Of a DNA stretch of 60,723 nt, positions 29,326 through 39,529 are shown one piece after another. Origin of the DNA: Chloroflexota bacterium (GTDB lineage: Bacteria; Chloroflexota; Limnocylindria; Limnocylindrales; CSP1-4); assembly GCA_003171035.1 (NCBI GenBank), contig PMXR01000052.1, forward strand, positions 1 to 60,723. The letters run 5' to 3'. Under the pieces are notes generated by a model. That model saw only the letters and a program-made list of their open reading frames with translations, made no database searches and was not told the origin of the DNA. The first letter of the stretch is position 1. Each line of letters starts with the position of its first letter. The position numbers and the translations under genes were made by a program.

Positions 29326-31560
29326 TTACGGGCGACGCAGTTCGTATACGGCGAAGTCGCCGTTGCGATAGCGCAGGTCGGCATACCGGCCGATCGACTC
29401 CAGGCTGGCGATTCTCAGATCCGCGAATAGCCAGCGAACGCCGTAGGTGTCGTATAGCTTCGCGTCCGCAGCCGCGGACGGGTCCGTGAACGCAATATCG
29501 TTCGCAGCCAGGAGCGGCGGATCCCAGAAGGCGGCCTCCGGGTCGGAGGCCTTGGATGTGTATGCCCAGCCTTCGACGAGGACGCGACGTTCCGAATAGG
29601 CGGCAACCCAGAAGTTGAGATGGTCGCATGTGGGCGAGACCTCGGCCGGGCCCTGGCAGTGCAGGTTAGTCGCGACAGGATCGTTCGGGTCGCTGTGGTC
29701 GCGGAGCCAGCGAGCGGCAGTGATCCCGTCCCCGGGGACCGCGGGGCCATTGAATGTTGCGTCGGTGAACGGCGTCCTCAGCAGGCCGGCGACGTTGGGG
29801 AGGCTGAACCCCATCACTACGGCGATCAGGAGCAAGGGAACGGCACCCTGAAGAACGGTGTACTTCCGCGCCGCGAATCGCAACACGAGGCACGCCAGGC
29901 CGGCGACCCCTAGCAGCGCCGTGACCGGCAGGATGATCAACAGCAGGACGTGGCCCAGATGGTACCTTGAGAAGACCGGGGCAGTGGCGGGACCGAGCGC
30001 GACGATGGCTTGTACCACGACGGCCCCGAAGATCGCCGCAACGGCGACACAGGCAATCAGCGGAAGATAGCGGGATCGAGCGGGCACTACCGCAGCAATG
30101 CCTGCGGCGGTGAGAATTCCGAACGCGCCCGCCGCGCCCCTGACGAAATACTGCTGGCTCTCGCCCGGGTATGAGAGCAGGCTAACCGCGCCCAGGCCGC
30201 CGGCGCACACCCCGGCAACCAACAGGATGCGTGGATCGGACAGCGAGACCTTTGCCCGAATCAGCAGCCCGTACGCGCCCGCCCACAGGAATGACCACAG
30301 CACGAGCGCGATGAACAAACCCGCGATGGGCATGACCAGAATCGCCGTTCCCGGTGCGCTTTGGCCGCCGGTGTCACTTATGGCGCCAAACTCGCGCAAC
30401 GCATCCAATCCGACAACCACGCTGTCCGTGGAACCCCGGTAGATCAGGACGTCCGCTAGGAACAGCCCGAGGACGGCCAGGACCAGGCCGGTTGCCGCCC
30501 TCCGATCCAGACGGCGACGCATGATCGCTACGCCGGCGACAGCGACAAGTCCAGCGGCTATCAACAGCGGCAAGAGGCTCGCCTTCGCGCCGGCGCACCC
30601 GAAGATCAGCAGAATCAACAACAGCCAATGCCTCCGCGGCACAGCCGAATCGGCCTGCAGAAGATCGAGGAAGACGAGGATTATGGGGGCGAACATGGCG
30701 AGCCCAAATAGATTCGTGGGGCTGATCCAGGTGCTCCACAGCGTCTGGGCATCGAAGACGGGGTTACTCGACCAGGCATACGGCGAGGCCACCATGCCGA
30801 AGAGCGCGACTGCGACTGCGACCGGACCAGTCCACCAGCGGCCGGTCAGCCGACGGGCGCCGAATGCCGTCAGGACGACGAACACCACGAACATCGGCAA
30901 CCCGGAGAGACGGTAGAGCAGCGTGACCGGCTCGATGCCGGTCGCCCAACTCGTCGCGGCAGCCTCGGCGTAGAAGAACCAGTGGTAGGCGAGCGGCACG
31001 CCGGTGACATACGGCATCTGGGGCGGCACGTGATTTCGGAGTTCTCCGATCAATGCCAGGTGAAACGGCATATCTACGTACGGCGTGTCGGTGCCGCTGA
31101 GATGCTGCGATACGAAGACTGTCTGGACCGAATAGATCAGCACGAACCCGAGCATCGCGGCGAGCGACCAAGACCACGCCAGTGGGGCGCGGACGCCGCT
31201 TCCCCTCCAGTGCCGCCGTAACCCCGGAATCGCAACGAATAGGGCCAGGGTTGAGAGCGGCCACAGCAGGAACAGCATCGGCGCCCCGATCCACCTGGCG
31301 GCCACGTAAGTCGCGATCTCCGCCACGTACCCAACCGCAAGGCCCAACGTCAGATCCTCGGCGATGTGCGCCGGACGACCGCGCAGCAACCTCAGCCACA
31401 ACATCCCCGGTAGCGCGAGGCCGCAGGCTACGTACCCGCCGAAGATCGCGATATCGCGGGCCCGCACGCCGTATCTGTGGAGTACCAACCCCGTGGCCAC
31501 CAGCAGAATCGCGGCGGGCAGCCAGCCCGAAGTCGCCCACGCGCGGAACCTGAGATACAT
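29326..31560 (-). CDS. 744-aa polytopic membrane protein with extracytoplasmic C-terminal domain, putative GT-C-type glycosyltransferase/polymerase
   Basis: More than 12 hydrophobic segments over about 590 aa, then a soluble tail of about 150 aa. It is the last gene of the minus-strand operon that also encodes a polyprenyl-phosphate GT2. No named family recognised. Confidence 0.55.
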   Translation of the reverse strand: MYLRFRAWATSGWLPAAILLVATGLVLHRYGVRARDIAIFGGYVACGLALPGMLWLRLLRGRPAHIAEDLTLGLAVGYVAEIATYVAARWIGAPMLFLLWPLSTLALFVAIPGLRRHWRGSGVRAPLAWSWSLAAMLGFVLIYSVQTVFVSQHLSGTDTPYVDMPFHLALIGELRNHVPPQMPYVTGVPLAYHWFFYAEAAATSWATGIEPVTLLYRLSGLPMFVVFVVLTAFGARRLTGRWWTGPVAVAVALFGMVASPYAWSSNPVFDAQTLWSTWISPTNLFGLAMFAPIILVFLDLLQADSAVPRRHWLLLILLIFGCAGAKASLLPLLIAAGLVAVAGVAIMRRRLDRRAATGLVLAVLGLFLADVLIYRGSTDSVVVGLDALREFGAISDTGGQSAPGTAILVMPIAGLFIALVLWSFLWAGAYGLLIRAKVSLSDPRILLVAGVCAGGLGAVSLLSYPGESQQYFVRGAAGAFGILTAAGIAAVVPARSRYLPLIACVAVAAIFGAVVVQAIVALGPATAPVFSRYHLGHVLLLIILPVTALLGVAGLACLVLRFAARKYTVLQGAVPLLLIAVVMGFSLPNVAGLLRTPFTDATFNGPAVPGDGITAARWLRDHSDPNDPVATNLHCQGPAEVSPTCDHLNFWVAAYSERRVLVEGWAYTSKASDPEAAFWDPPLLAANDIAFTDPSAAADAKLYDTYGVRWLFADLRIASLESIGRYADLRYRNGDFAVYELRRP

Positions 31561-31594
31561 TCAGTTACTCCTGGGGAATTGCGGACGACCGATC

Positions 31595-32731
31595 CTACGA
31601 CCTGCTGAACGTGACCAGCGTCTCGATCACCCTCCGCGGGTCCGCTTCGCTCATGTCGTAGTACAGCGGCAGCCGCAAGAGCCTGTCGCTGGCGTCATTG
31701 GTGACCGACATATCACCTGGGGCGCGGCCGAACCTGACGCCCGCGGGAGCGGAATGAAGAGGTATGTAGTGGAACACGGCCGTGATCTCATGACGCTTTA
31801 GAAACTCTATGGCTCGGGTTCGTTCATCCAGATCTGCAAACAGCACGTAAAACATATGGGCGTTGTGCGTGCAGTCAGCAGGAATGAACGGCAAGCGCAG
31901 AGCACCATCGTGTTCCAGCCCGCTGAGCCCAGAGTGGTATGTCTCCCAGATCGCCAATCGTCTATCGGTGATCCCCTTCGCGTCTTCCATCTGCGCCCAC
32001 AGGAAAGCAGCAACGATTTCACCGGGCAGGTACGAGGATCCGATATCCACCCACGTGTACTTGTCGATTTCCCCACGGAAGAACCTGCTGCGGTTGGTGC
32101 CCTTCTCGCGAATGACTTCCGCTCGTTCGATGAATCGAGCATCGTTGATGAGCAGCGCGCCGCCTTCGCCGGCGATGATGTTCTTCGTTTCGTGGAAGCT
32201 GAGGCAGCCTAGATGACCGATGCTGCCAAGAGGCTTGCCCTTGTACTCAGACCCGACGCCTTGGGCCGCATCTTCTATCACCAACAGATCATGCTTGTCG
32301 GCGATCGCCATGATGGCGTCCATTTCGCAACTCACGCCGGCGTAGTGGACCGGCACGATGGCCTTCGTCCTGGACGTGATCGCCGCCTCGATCTTGGTCT
32401 CGTCAATGTTCAGGGTGTCGGGTCGGATGTCGATGAACACGGGAACGCCGCCGCGCAACACGAAGGCATTGGCGGTTGAGGAGAACGTGTACGACGGCAT
32501 GATGATCTCATCGCCGGGCTGAATGTCTGCGAGGATCGCCGCCATTTCGAGCGCAGCGGTGCAGGAATGTGTCAGGAGCGCCTCTCGGCAGCCCGTGTGC
32601 TGCTCCAGCCAGGCGTTGCAGCGTTTGGTGAATGGACCGTCACCGGACAGCTGCCCCAGCGCGTGCGCCTCGCTGATGTAGTGGAGCTCCTTGCCGGTCA
32701 GATGCGGCTTGTTGAAGGAAACTCTGCTCAC
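31595..32731 (-). CDS. wecE: dTDP-4-amino-4,6-dideoxygalactose transaminase-like (WecE/RffA type)
   Basis: GTG start with a GTGA overlap. Contains FNKPHLTGKELHYISEAHALGQLSGDGPFTKRCNAWLEQ, THSCTAALEMAAILADIQPGDEIIMPSYTFSSTANAFVLRGGVPVFIDIRPDTLNIDE and SFHETKN, which are near-collinear with my recalled E. coli WecE sequence. Confidence 0.88.
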   Translation of the reverse strand: MSRVSFNKPHLTGKELHYISEAHALGQLSGDGPFTKRCNAWLEQHTGCREALLTHSCTAALEMAAILADIQPGDEIIMPSYTFSSTANAFVLRGGVPVFIDIRPDTLNIDETKIEAAITSRTKAIVPVHYAGVSCEMDAIMAIADKHDLLVIEDAAQGVGSEYKGKPLGSIGHLGCLSFHETKNIIAGEGGALLINDARFIERAEVIREKGTNRSRFFRGEIDKYTWVDIGSSYLPGEIVAAFLWAQMEDAKGITDRRLAIWETYHSGLSGLEHDGALRLPFIPADCTHNAHMFYVLFADLDERTRAIEFLKRHEITAVFHYIPLHSAPAGVRFGRAPGDMSVTNDASDRLLRLPLYYDMSEADPRRVIETLVTFSRS

Positions 32732-33603
32732 ATCGCCTCCCGCTTTGCCACCAGCAGTAGCGATCCCCCAGCCGGAAAGGAGACGCCCTTCTCGATGGCG
32801 AACCGCTCCATGCCGAGGATCTTCTCCAGTCCCATGTTCAGCGTCCTGTTGATGTGGAACTCCGCAAACGGGCGGTAGGTGGCGCGCGTCATGTTTCGCG
32901 TGCGTCTGGACAGCAGCATCAGAGGCAAGAGCAATGAAACGAAGGAAGTGACCCGGGCGACACGGAACCCGGCTCGCTCCACCTTGCTGACGAGATCCAC
33001 CCGAGAGTACCGCCGCTTGTGGAAGGCATGCTCATCGACGACGCTCCACAGGAATTGATGCTGTGGCACGGTCACGATAATGCCGCCGCCCGGCTTCGTG
33101 GCACGGAACATCTCCGACAGCACGAGTTCATCGTCCTCAATGTGCTCGAGGACATCAAACGCACCGATAACGTCGAATTCCATTTCGTAGGGAATGAACC
33201 GGGCGTCCATCTGAAGCAAGGTGACGCCGGGCAGCCGCTGCTCCGCGAGAACCAGCCCCTCGCTGAACAGCTCGCTCCCAAACAACTCCAGGTGGGGGAA
33301 CGCCGCCTGAAAGCTGGACAGGACGAAGCCGGTGCCGCAGCCGATCTCGAGCAACCGCTGGGCGTTGGGAAACCACGATCGCAACGCCCAGGCCAGCAAG
33401 CGGCTCCGAGATCTGAACCAGTAGTTTCCGCTCTCGAGTTGGAATAACTCGGCAAAGAAGTCTGGGCTGAATCCCTCGCCCTCTTGAGCCTGGCCCGCAG
33501 TCAGTTGGACGAAACTGCCGTGATGTGGCGGCTCGTATCCACAGTGAGGACACAGCCAATCGTCGGAACCAGACTCCTGTTTGCAGGAGAGGCACAGTTT
33601 CAT
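32728..33603 (-). CDS. class I SAM-dependent methyltransferase with N-terminal zinc-ribbon
   Basis: ATG 33603 lies 5 nt after AGGAG. Contains CLSC...CPHCG (Cys4) and LEIGCGTGFVL (SAM motif I). Confidence 0.8.
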   Translation of the reverse strand: MKLCLSCKQESGSDDWLCPHCGYEPPHHGSFVQLTAGQAQEGEGFSPDFFAELFQLESGNYWFRSRSRLLAWALRSWFPNAQRLLEIGCGTGFVLSSFQAAFPHLELFGSELFSEGLVLAEQRLPGVTLLQMDARFIPYEMEFDVIGAFDVLEHIEDDELVLSEMFRATKPGGGIIVTVPQHQFLWSVVDEHAFHKRRYSRVDLVSKVERAGFRVARVTSFVSLLLPLMLLSRRTRNMTRATYRPFAEFHINRTLNMGLEKILGMERFAIEKGVSFPAGGSLLLVAKREAM

Positions 33604-33736
33604 CGGGACTCCTGCTATTGGCGCGGCCGCTGGGCGCACAACACAGTTCGCACTGCGTCACGATCGTGCATCAACACGAGCGACGACTCATTTCTTGAAC
33701 CGGCCTGTCACATCCGTCTTGATTGCGTGGAAGGAC

Positions 33737-34792
33737 TCATCTGGAGGCCAGATACTCGTTGATCGAGGCAGCGCTCCGATATATATCGTTTAGGTTCCCT
33801 TCAACCAACGGGAGGTTTAGCAACTGTTCTTCCATCTTGTGGGCCTGCGGAAAGGGCTCGTGCACGCCAAACATGGGGGCCACAACCGGGTACCAGTCGC
33901 TCACCCGCAGCCGCTGCCGCAGCAGTTCGGCAGTGAGGCTGCGTTTCAGATCAGCATCTACGACGATATTGTACCGCCACGGAACCGCACCGGAGTGGAA
34001 GGCGTAGGGCTTGATGGCGAGGCTCCAGTTCAGAAGCTTGCCATAAAGGTGGGCTCTCTCTCGCCGTCGATCGATGACCTCCTCCAAGGTGCCGATAGAC
34101 GCGACAATCCGGTCAACCTGCTCGTCCGGTGCCCGGAAAAGGAAACAGCTCTGCATGTGCAGCCGCATGAACTCATACACGGTATCGGCGAGAGGACCTG
34201 CAGGGTTGTTGCGCAGCACGCGATAGACCTGAGAAAACAACTTCGCCTCCATGTCTACGCTCGGCTCGTGGGGGGGGAGCTTGGCATTCATGGTGCCCAG
34301 GCCGGAAAGATCATGCTGGCTCACGATCAGCCCCCCATAGCCGCAATCGATCGTCTTTGAGTAGCCGAAACTGAAGACGGCGTAGTCACCGAAGGTACCG
34401 GTCATCGTGCCGCCAACCATGGCTCCCATGGCCGAGGCGCAGTCTTCTATGACTATCGCTCCCTGAGCGCGGGCCGTCCGGCAAATGGCGTCGATATCCC
34501 GGCAGGGATTGCCGTACATGTGCGGGATGATCGCAGCCCTCACATTCGGACTCCATGCCGCCCGGACAGCCGCGGACGTCAGGTTGCCGTCTTCGCCTAC
34601 ATCGGCAAAGACGGGTTCGTTCCCTGAGTACACGATGGGAAGGACGGCTGCATAGCAGACATTTGCGGGCACAAGTACCCTGGCTCCGCGGACCTGGTTA
34701 GCCTGCAGCGCCAGGTATATGGCAGTGCTCGCGCGACCGGTGAAAAGGTGATTGCGAGTTACCAGATAGTCCGCAAAACTCATGGCAGTCAC
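33737..34792 (-). CDS. DegT/DnrJ/EryC1-family PLP enzyme (aminotransferase-like)
   Basis: Contains FTGRASTAIYLAL, IEDCASAMG and FSFGYSKTI (candidate PLP Lys). ATGA overlap with the upstream gene. Confidence 0.7.
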   Translation of the reverse strand: MTAMSFADYLVTRNHLFTGRASTAIYLALQANQVRGARVLVPANVCYAAVLPIVYSGNEPVFADVGEDGNLTSAAVRAAWSPNVRAAIIPHMYGNPCRDIDAICRTARAQGAIVIEDCASAMGAMVGGTMTGTFGDYAVFSFGYSKTIDCGYGGLIVSQHDLSGLGTMNAKLPPHEPSVDMEAKLFSQVYRVLRNNPAGPLADTVYEFMRLHMQSCFLFRAPDEQVDRIVASIGTLEEVIDRRRERAHLYGKLLNWSLAIKPYAFHSGAVPWRYNIVVDADLKRSLTAELLRQRLRVSDWYPVVAPMFGVHEPFPQAHKMEEQLLNLPLVEGNLNDIYRSAASINEYLASR

Positions 34793-35787
34793 ATGGTCGC
34801 CGGGCGTTCCTCGGGCTTTATGTAGTGATAGTGGTGGTACAACCCCACCTCCTGCTCTCTCCGATAGTCCTGCAGCATCTCAATGTAGGAGTACTTCGGC
34901 TCCCAGCGCAGATCGTGCCGTGCCCGGGAGACGTCGTACACGTAGCTGCGAGTGAAGGCCGGCATCTCTGGCCGCCGCACGATCGGCGACCTGTGGTCCA
35001 GTGGCGAGAACACATCAACCAAGCCTTGTGCCTCTTCGAGCAGTGAAAGGCCAACGCCTGTGGCGATGTTGTAGACACCAACGGCGTCCGGACTCTCGAC
35101 GGCGGCAACGAAAGCCGTCAATACGTCCTTGATGTAGATGTGATCCCGAACCGCCTTGCAGTCACCCCAGACCTCGAGCGGCTCGCCGTTCTTGGCCTTG
35201 GCAACGAAGATCTCGAAAGTGCTCTTCTTGTAGCTGCCGTCTTGCTCGAGTTGGCCAAGTATCTCCCCGTAGCCGTGGACCCCCGTCAGCCGCAGAATGA
35301 TCCCCTGCATCCCAAAATCCTTGGTGTAGTACTCGACGAAGTTCTCGGCCGCGATCTTCGAGATGATGTAGGGCGAGTGGTCGCCTGTGAAGCACGGCGA
35401 GTCGGTCTCTTTCAATGGGATGTGGTGGATGTCGTTGTAGACCTTGTGGGAAGACGCCTGAACGAAGCGCCGGATATCATTCGAGCGGCAGTACTCGAGA
35501 AGCTTGTAGGTTCCTATGGTGTTTACGGAGAACATCGTCTCGACTGGCGTCGCTATCTCCGCGAGGACTGCCGCAAGGTTGATGACCGCGTCCACGCCTT
35601 GGCGCGGCAAACGTTCGTAGGACTCGTCAGCCGTGATGTCGAACTCCATGCACGGAATGGAGCTCTCGCGGAAGAACTCGAGGACCTCGCCGGACCTACC
35701 GAGCGCCAGGATGTCCTTGCCCTGCTCGATCATGTACGTGCACAGGTATCGTCCAACATACCCGGTTGCGCCCGCGATCAGAATCAT
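34789..35787 (-). CDS. NAD-dependent sugar epimerase/dehydratase (extended SDR)
   Basis: Contains MILIAGATGYVGRYL and YIISK (YxxxK). Confidence 0.8.
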   Translation of the reverse strand: MILIAGATGYVGRYLCTYMIEQGKDILALGRSGEVLEFFRESSIPCMEFDITADESYERLPRQGVDAVINLAAVLAEIATPVETMFSVNTIGTYKLLEYCRSNDIRRFVQASSHKVYNDIHHIPLKETDSPCFTGDHSPYIISKIAAENFVEYYTKDFGMQGIILRLTGVHGYGEILGQLEQDGSYKKSTFEIFVAKAKNGEPLEVWGDCKAVRDHIYIKDVLTAFVAAVESPDAVGVYNIATGVGLSLLEEAQGLVDVFSPLDHRSPIVRRPEMPAFTRSYVYDVSRARHDLRWEPKYSYIEMLQDYRREQEVGLYHHYHYIKPEERPATM

Positions 35788-36734
35788 TCGCTGCCTCGAT
35801 CATCTGCGGTTTCGTGTTGCACGAGCTCCCTCACGATGAAGATGGGACGGCCCTTCGTTTGGTCGAACACATAGCCGACGTAGAGCCCAAGAATCCCCAA
35901 TTGCGCCATGATGATCCCGCCCACGAAATAGATCGATACGATTGTGCTCGTCCACCCCGCGACGCTGATGCCGAATACCAGGTACCGCGAGACCATGTAG
36001 ATGCCATACAGAAACGCGAGCAGCGAGACCGCAAATCCTAACCTGATGGACAGGATCAGAGGCTTGTTCGACTGTGTTGTGATCACCTCCAGCGCCAGAC
36101 GTAGCTGTTTCCGGAGCGTGTATGAAGACCTGCCCGCCGCCCGCTCGGCGTGGTCGATGTCCACGACGGCCGACCTGAAGCCCATCCACTTGATAAACAG
36201 GATGAAGGCGCGGTTCTGGTCTCCCATACGTTTGTAGTTGTCCATGACCATCCGCCGACTGAGGCTGAAGTTGCCCATCGAACCATCGAAAGCGCCGTTG
36301 GTGAAATAGCCATAGACCCAGTAGAAGGTCTTCGACGAGAGCTTCTTGAGGAAAGAGTCCTGGCGGACCGCCCGCCGAGTCAAGACCACGTCGTAGCCCT
36401 CTTGAGCCTTGGCCCAGAGCTTCGCGATCTCCTCGGGCTTGTCCTGCAAGTCACAGTCCATCACCACGACCCAGTCACCTTCCGCATAGTGCAATCCGGC
36501 GGTGATAGCCCTTATCTGTCCGAAATTCCGAGACAGGTCGATCCCCTTGACGTGTGGGTCCTTCAGGGCGATCTCTTTGATGACCTCCCACGAGTTCTGC
36601 GGGCAGGCATCGTTCACCAGGATGATCTCGTAGCTCGTGGTGATCTCGGACAGCGACGCGACCAACCGCCGATGAAGGTCCGGGAGGCAGGCTCTGCAGC
36701 CGTACACCGGGATGACGACTGAGATATCCATCAC
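35784..36734 (-). CDS. polyprenyl-phosphate glycosyltransferase, GT2 (GtrB/ArnC/CsbB type)
   Basis: Contains SVVIPVYGC, LVNDACPQNSW, SRNFGQ and VMDCDLQD. Two C-terminal transmembrane helices are typical of the GtrB/ArnC type. Confidence 0.85.
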   Translation of the reverse strand: MMDISVVIPVYGCRACLPDLHRRLVASLSEITTSYEIILVNDACPQNSWEVIKEIALKDPHVKGIDLSRNFGQIRAITAGLHYAEGDWVVVMDCDLQDKPEEIAKLWAKAQEGYDVVLTRRAVRQDSFLKKLSSKTFYWVYGYFTNGAFDGSMGNFSLSRRMVMDNYKRMGDQNRAFILFIKWMGFRSAVVDIDHAERAAGRSSYTLRKQLRLALEVITTQSNKPLILSIRLGFAVSLLAFLYGIYMVSRYLVFGISVAGWTSTIVSIYFVGGIIMAQLGILGLYVGYVFDQTKGRPIFIVRELVQHETADDRGSE

Positions 36735-37459
36735 GCTCCTCCTTCCAGAGGCGAGCCTGCGCTGCGCTGGGCAAAGCTCTTGAGGTAGCCGCGGGCGTCA
36801 GGGCCCTCGTTGAATATCAAGTCCAGGATGCTGACTCGGTGCTCGAAGGGAGGGTAGAGCTGCCGGTACTCCGGATACCCGGAGTAGTCCATGTAGGTCA
36901 AAGTGATTCCCGCATCCGAAAACGACTCTTCCTTCAGGTAGTCCTGGGCGGCCGGCCCGGACAGGTACTCGTCGGCTCCTGTCTGCCGACACAATTCCAC
37001 CAACCGCTCGATCTTGCCGTCGGCCAGGCTGTAGTCCCGCGACCATGAGATCGGCGTGTCGATGCCGATGATCTCACAGACCAAGCGCATGAACCGGTAG
37101 TTGATCGCGCTCAGATACTCCTCGCCGACAACGCCGCGGTAGAGGCTTTCGAACAGCGGGGCGTACGGCTTGAAATGCGGCGCGTCCGAATAGTTCTGCC
37201 GAAGGGTGCTCCAGTGCTTTGGGCCCCAGGCAGGATCGCTGACCTTCGTCTCTTGGATCGTTTGCCCAAAGTTGTGGCACACGGGGATGGTCAGCCAGGA
37301 AACCCCTCGCGGCGTCTTGATCCTGTTGCGGTTGCGCCAGTCATTCTTGGTGAATTGCGCGGTGTCGTACAGGATGAACTCGTCGACGCTGTTGATCAGA
37401 TCGAAGTATCCCTTCCACGGGATGTAGTTCGACTGCAGGATGGCGATTCGCTTGCCCAC
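36731..37459 (-). CDS. WbqC-family protein (function unknown)
   Basis: GTG 37459; the ORF-track N-terminus up to 37894 overlaps the upstream gene and is an artefact. Contains RIAILQSNYIPWKGYFDLINSVDEFILYDTAQFTKNDWRNRNRIKT. Confidence 0.8.
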   Translation of the reverse strand: MGKRIAILQSNYIPWKGYFDLINSVDEFILYDTAQFTKNDWRNRNRIKTPRGVSWLTIPVCHNFGQTIQETKVSDPAWGPKHWSTLRQNYSDAPHFKPYAPLFESLYRGVVGEEYLSAINYRFMRLVCEIIGIDTPISWSRDYSLADGKIERLVELCRQTGADEYLSGPAAQDYLKEESFSDAGITLTYMDYSGYPEYRQLYPPFEHRVSILDLIFNEGPDARGYLKSFAQRSAGSPLEGGA

Positions 37460-37479
37460 GGCCCCTTGCCTCGAGATGC

Positions 37480-38577
37480 TTAGCTTGTCGGAGAGTTGTC
37501 TTCGGCGGCGCTCTCCGTGTCTGCTGCCCCCGCCTCGAGGCGCCGGCTCCGGCGCAAGCGGACCAGCTTCCAGACCCCAAGATGGCCCGCTCCAAGGCCG
37601 ATCGCCACGAGAGAGAGCGACCTCAACACGATAGCGCCCGCTTGCGCCGTGGAGGCCGCGAGGCCGAACCGCATCAGAATCGTGGAGCTTCCGACCTCTG
37701 AGATGCCCACGCCGCCGGGAATGAGACTGGCGATGCTGATGAGAGATACCACCGACATGAGTGCCAATGCGTTTACGAAACCGATGTTGATGCCTGCGCT
37801 GTAGAGGAACACTTGCCAGCTGAAGGCCACCGAGGCCCAGGAGACGCACGTGATCCCAGCGACCAGGATCAGCGTCCGGGTGTCCCCAATGCACTGTCTC
37901 ATGGTCATGAGCAATTGTTGCGGCCGGCCCCGGAGGCGGAGCTTCGCAAGAGCGAGCAAGCCGACCACGCAGAACAACGCAAGGCCACCGAGGACGCAGT
38001 AGGCGTATGTGCGGTTCGGGAGTATGTCGAGGGTCGTCAGGAGACTGAAACAGCCAACTGAAAGCAACACCGCCATGTCCAGGGCCCGCTCCACGAGAAA
38101 CGAGCCGTAGCCGGGAAAGCGTTCAAGCATTCCGTACTTCTTGAGCAATTCGACTTTGAGGACCTCTCCCGACTGCAGCGGAGTGAAGAGGGCGAAGCTC
38201 AACGAAACGGCCGTGCAGAGGTACAGGTCCATCAGGGGCACGTGGGTGTCCGTTCGGCGCAGCAGGATTCGCCATCGGAGCGTTCGGAGAACCCAGTAGC
38301 CCACGAGCGAGCCCCCGCCGCCAACGATCAAGAACAGGAGGTTGACTTGCCCCAGCACCTGCCCGAGCTGTCCCCACTGGAATGTCCGCCCGATGTACCA
38401 GGCGCTTGCCGCGAAAATGATCAGGCTGAAGCAGACCGCAAGGACTCGATAGGGAGTCTGAGAACGCTTCACCGCCGCCTCGTCCTGCTCCACAGCGCTG
38501 TCGGTCTCGCCGGACGGGGAGCTTGGGTCGTGTTCACGATCATCATCGTCTGGGACGATCGTTCGTTGGTGCGTCAC
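37480..38577 (-). CDS. flippase-like membrane protein (LPG-synthase TM / UPF0104 family)
   Basis: GTG 38577 overlaps the upstream stop (GTGA). It is a multi-pass membrane protein with the block LLFLIVGGGGSLVGYWVLRTLRWRILL. Confidence 0.7.
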   Translation of the reverse strand: MTHQRTIVPDDDDREHDPSSPSGETDSAVEQDEAAVKRSQTPYRVLAVCFSLIIFAASAWYIGRTFQWGQLGQVLGQVNLLFLIVGGGGSLVGYWVLRTLRWRILLRRTDTHVPLMDLYLCTAVSLSFALFTPLQSGEVLKVELLKKYGMLERFPGYGSFLVERALDMAVLLSVGCFSLLTTLDILPNRTYAYCVLGGLALFCVVGLLALAKLRLRGRPQQLLMTMRQCIGDTRTLILVAGITCVSWASVAFSWQVFLYSAGINIGFVNALALMSVVSLISIASLIPGGVGISEVGSSTILMRFGLAASTAQAGAIVLRSLSLVAIGLGAGHLGVWKLVRLRRSRRLEAGAADTESAAEDNSPTS

Positions 38578-39305
38578 GTTGGCACTGGCTTCTGCTCGAC
38601 TGTCGAATTCACCGTCGCCCAGTCCGGGTGGGCCAGGACCAAGTCCAGCACCTCCCGCCACCCAAATCGCTCGCTTTGCACAACGTCATAGATGCGTCTC
38701 ACGAGGTCCAGGTCCTCTGACGTGTCGACGCACCACCGGTGGTCCGAGTGGTCTTCGGGTGAAGCGACCCGCGTCAGGCGGAACAGTTCAGGGTGGCGAT
38801 ATATGTACGGAGTGGCGTGCTCTCGCCACGTCGGGTCCGTGTCCTCGGCGCTCGCGCGCTGCAGTGCCGCAGTCGTCATGGCCTCCACGTCGAGCCCGCG
38901 CGGATACGTCCGCGGTTCCAGGGTGTTACTGGCGTAGTCGGCGCCCGTCGTAGAAAGAGCCCGAACCACCTCATCCACGAGCTCCGGGTCGATCAAGGGG
39001 CAGTCGGACGTGATCCGGACCACGACATCGGCCGCGTTGGCTTGTGCCGCCTCCACATAGCGCTCGAGCAGGTCGGTCTCGCTGCCCCGCCATAGCGCCC
39101 ACCCGGATTCCCTGGCGAGAGCGGCTATTGCGTCGTCTGCCGCGAGTCGCGTCGTAGCCACGACGACTTCGTCCACAAGGCCGGCCCGGCGCGTGCGCTC
39201 CACGACGTGCGTCAGGATTGGGACACCGCGAAGTGGGAGGAGGACCTTTCCCGGCAAACGCGAACTGCCCGTGCGCGCCTGGATGATGGCGACGGTTCGA
39301 CTCAA
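38574..39305 (-). CDS. acylneuraminate-type cytidylyltransferase (SpsF/PseF-like)
   Basis: TTG 39305 lies 6 nt after GGGAG; the ORF-track upstream extension to 39497 is Arg/Cys-rich junk. Contains VAIIQARTGSSRLPGKVLLPLRGVPIL and VVVATT. Confidence 0.7.
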   Translation of the reverse strand: MSRTVAIIQARTGSSRLPGKVLLPLRGVPILTHVVERTRRAGLVDEVVVATTRLAADDAIAALARESGWALWRGSETDLLERYVEAAQANAADVVVRITSDCPLIDPELVDEVVRALSTTGADYASNTLEPRTYPRGLDVEAMTTAALQRASAEDTDPTWREHATPYIYRHPELFRLTRVASPEDHSDHRWCVDTSEDLDLVRRIYDVVQSERFGWREVLDLVLAHPDWATVNSTVEQKPVPT

Positions 39306-39529
39306 CAGAGACTCCCGGCAGCGTCTTGAACGATCGACGTGATCATTTCCGGCGCGTCTGCAGCGCTGAATTGCGCAAACGATACACACTGCCAGTGAGG
39401 CAAATGTCGCCTGACGACGGGTAGACCGCCGCCCTACTCGGATGCGTCGACATCTCCGACGGTGGTCGGCGCTCCGGTGGCGACATTGCCGAGTCATCAG
39501 TGATGACGGCGGCGTCTGGCCACCGGCCT

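Noticed and set aside
29326-31560. Calling the 744-aa membrane protein an oligosaccharyltransferase (PglB/AglB-like)
   Set aside because: The only WWDxG-like string is AFWDPP in the C-terminal domain, which is a poor match. I could not identify the N-terminal acidic loop motifs. It is kept only as a generic GT-C-like candidate.
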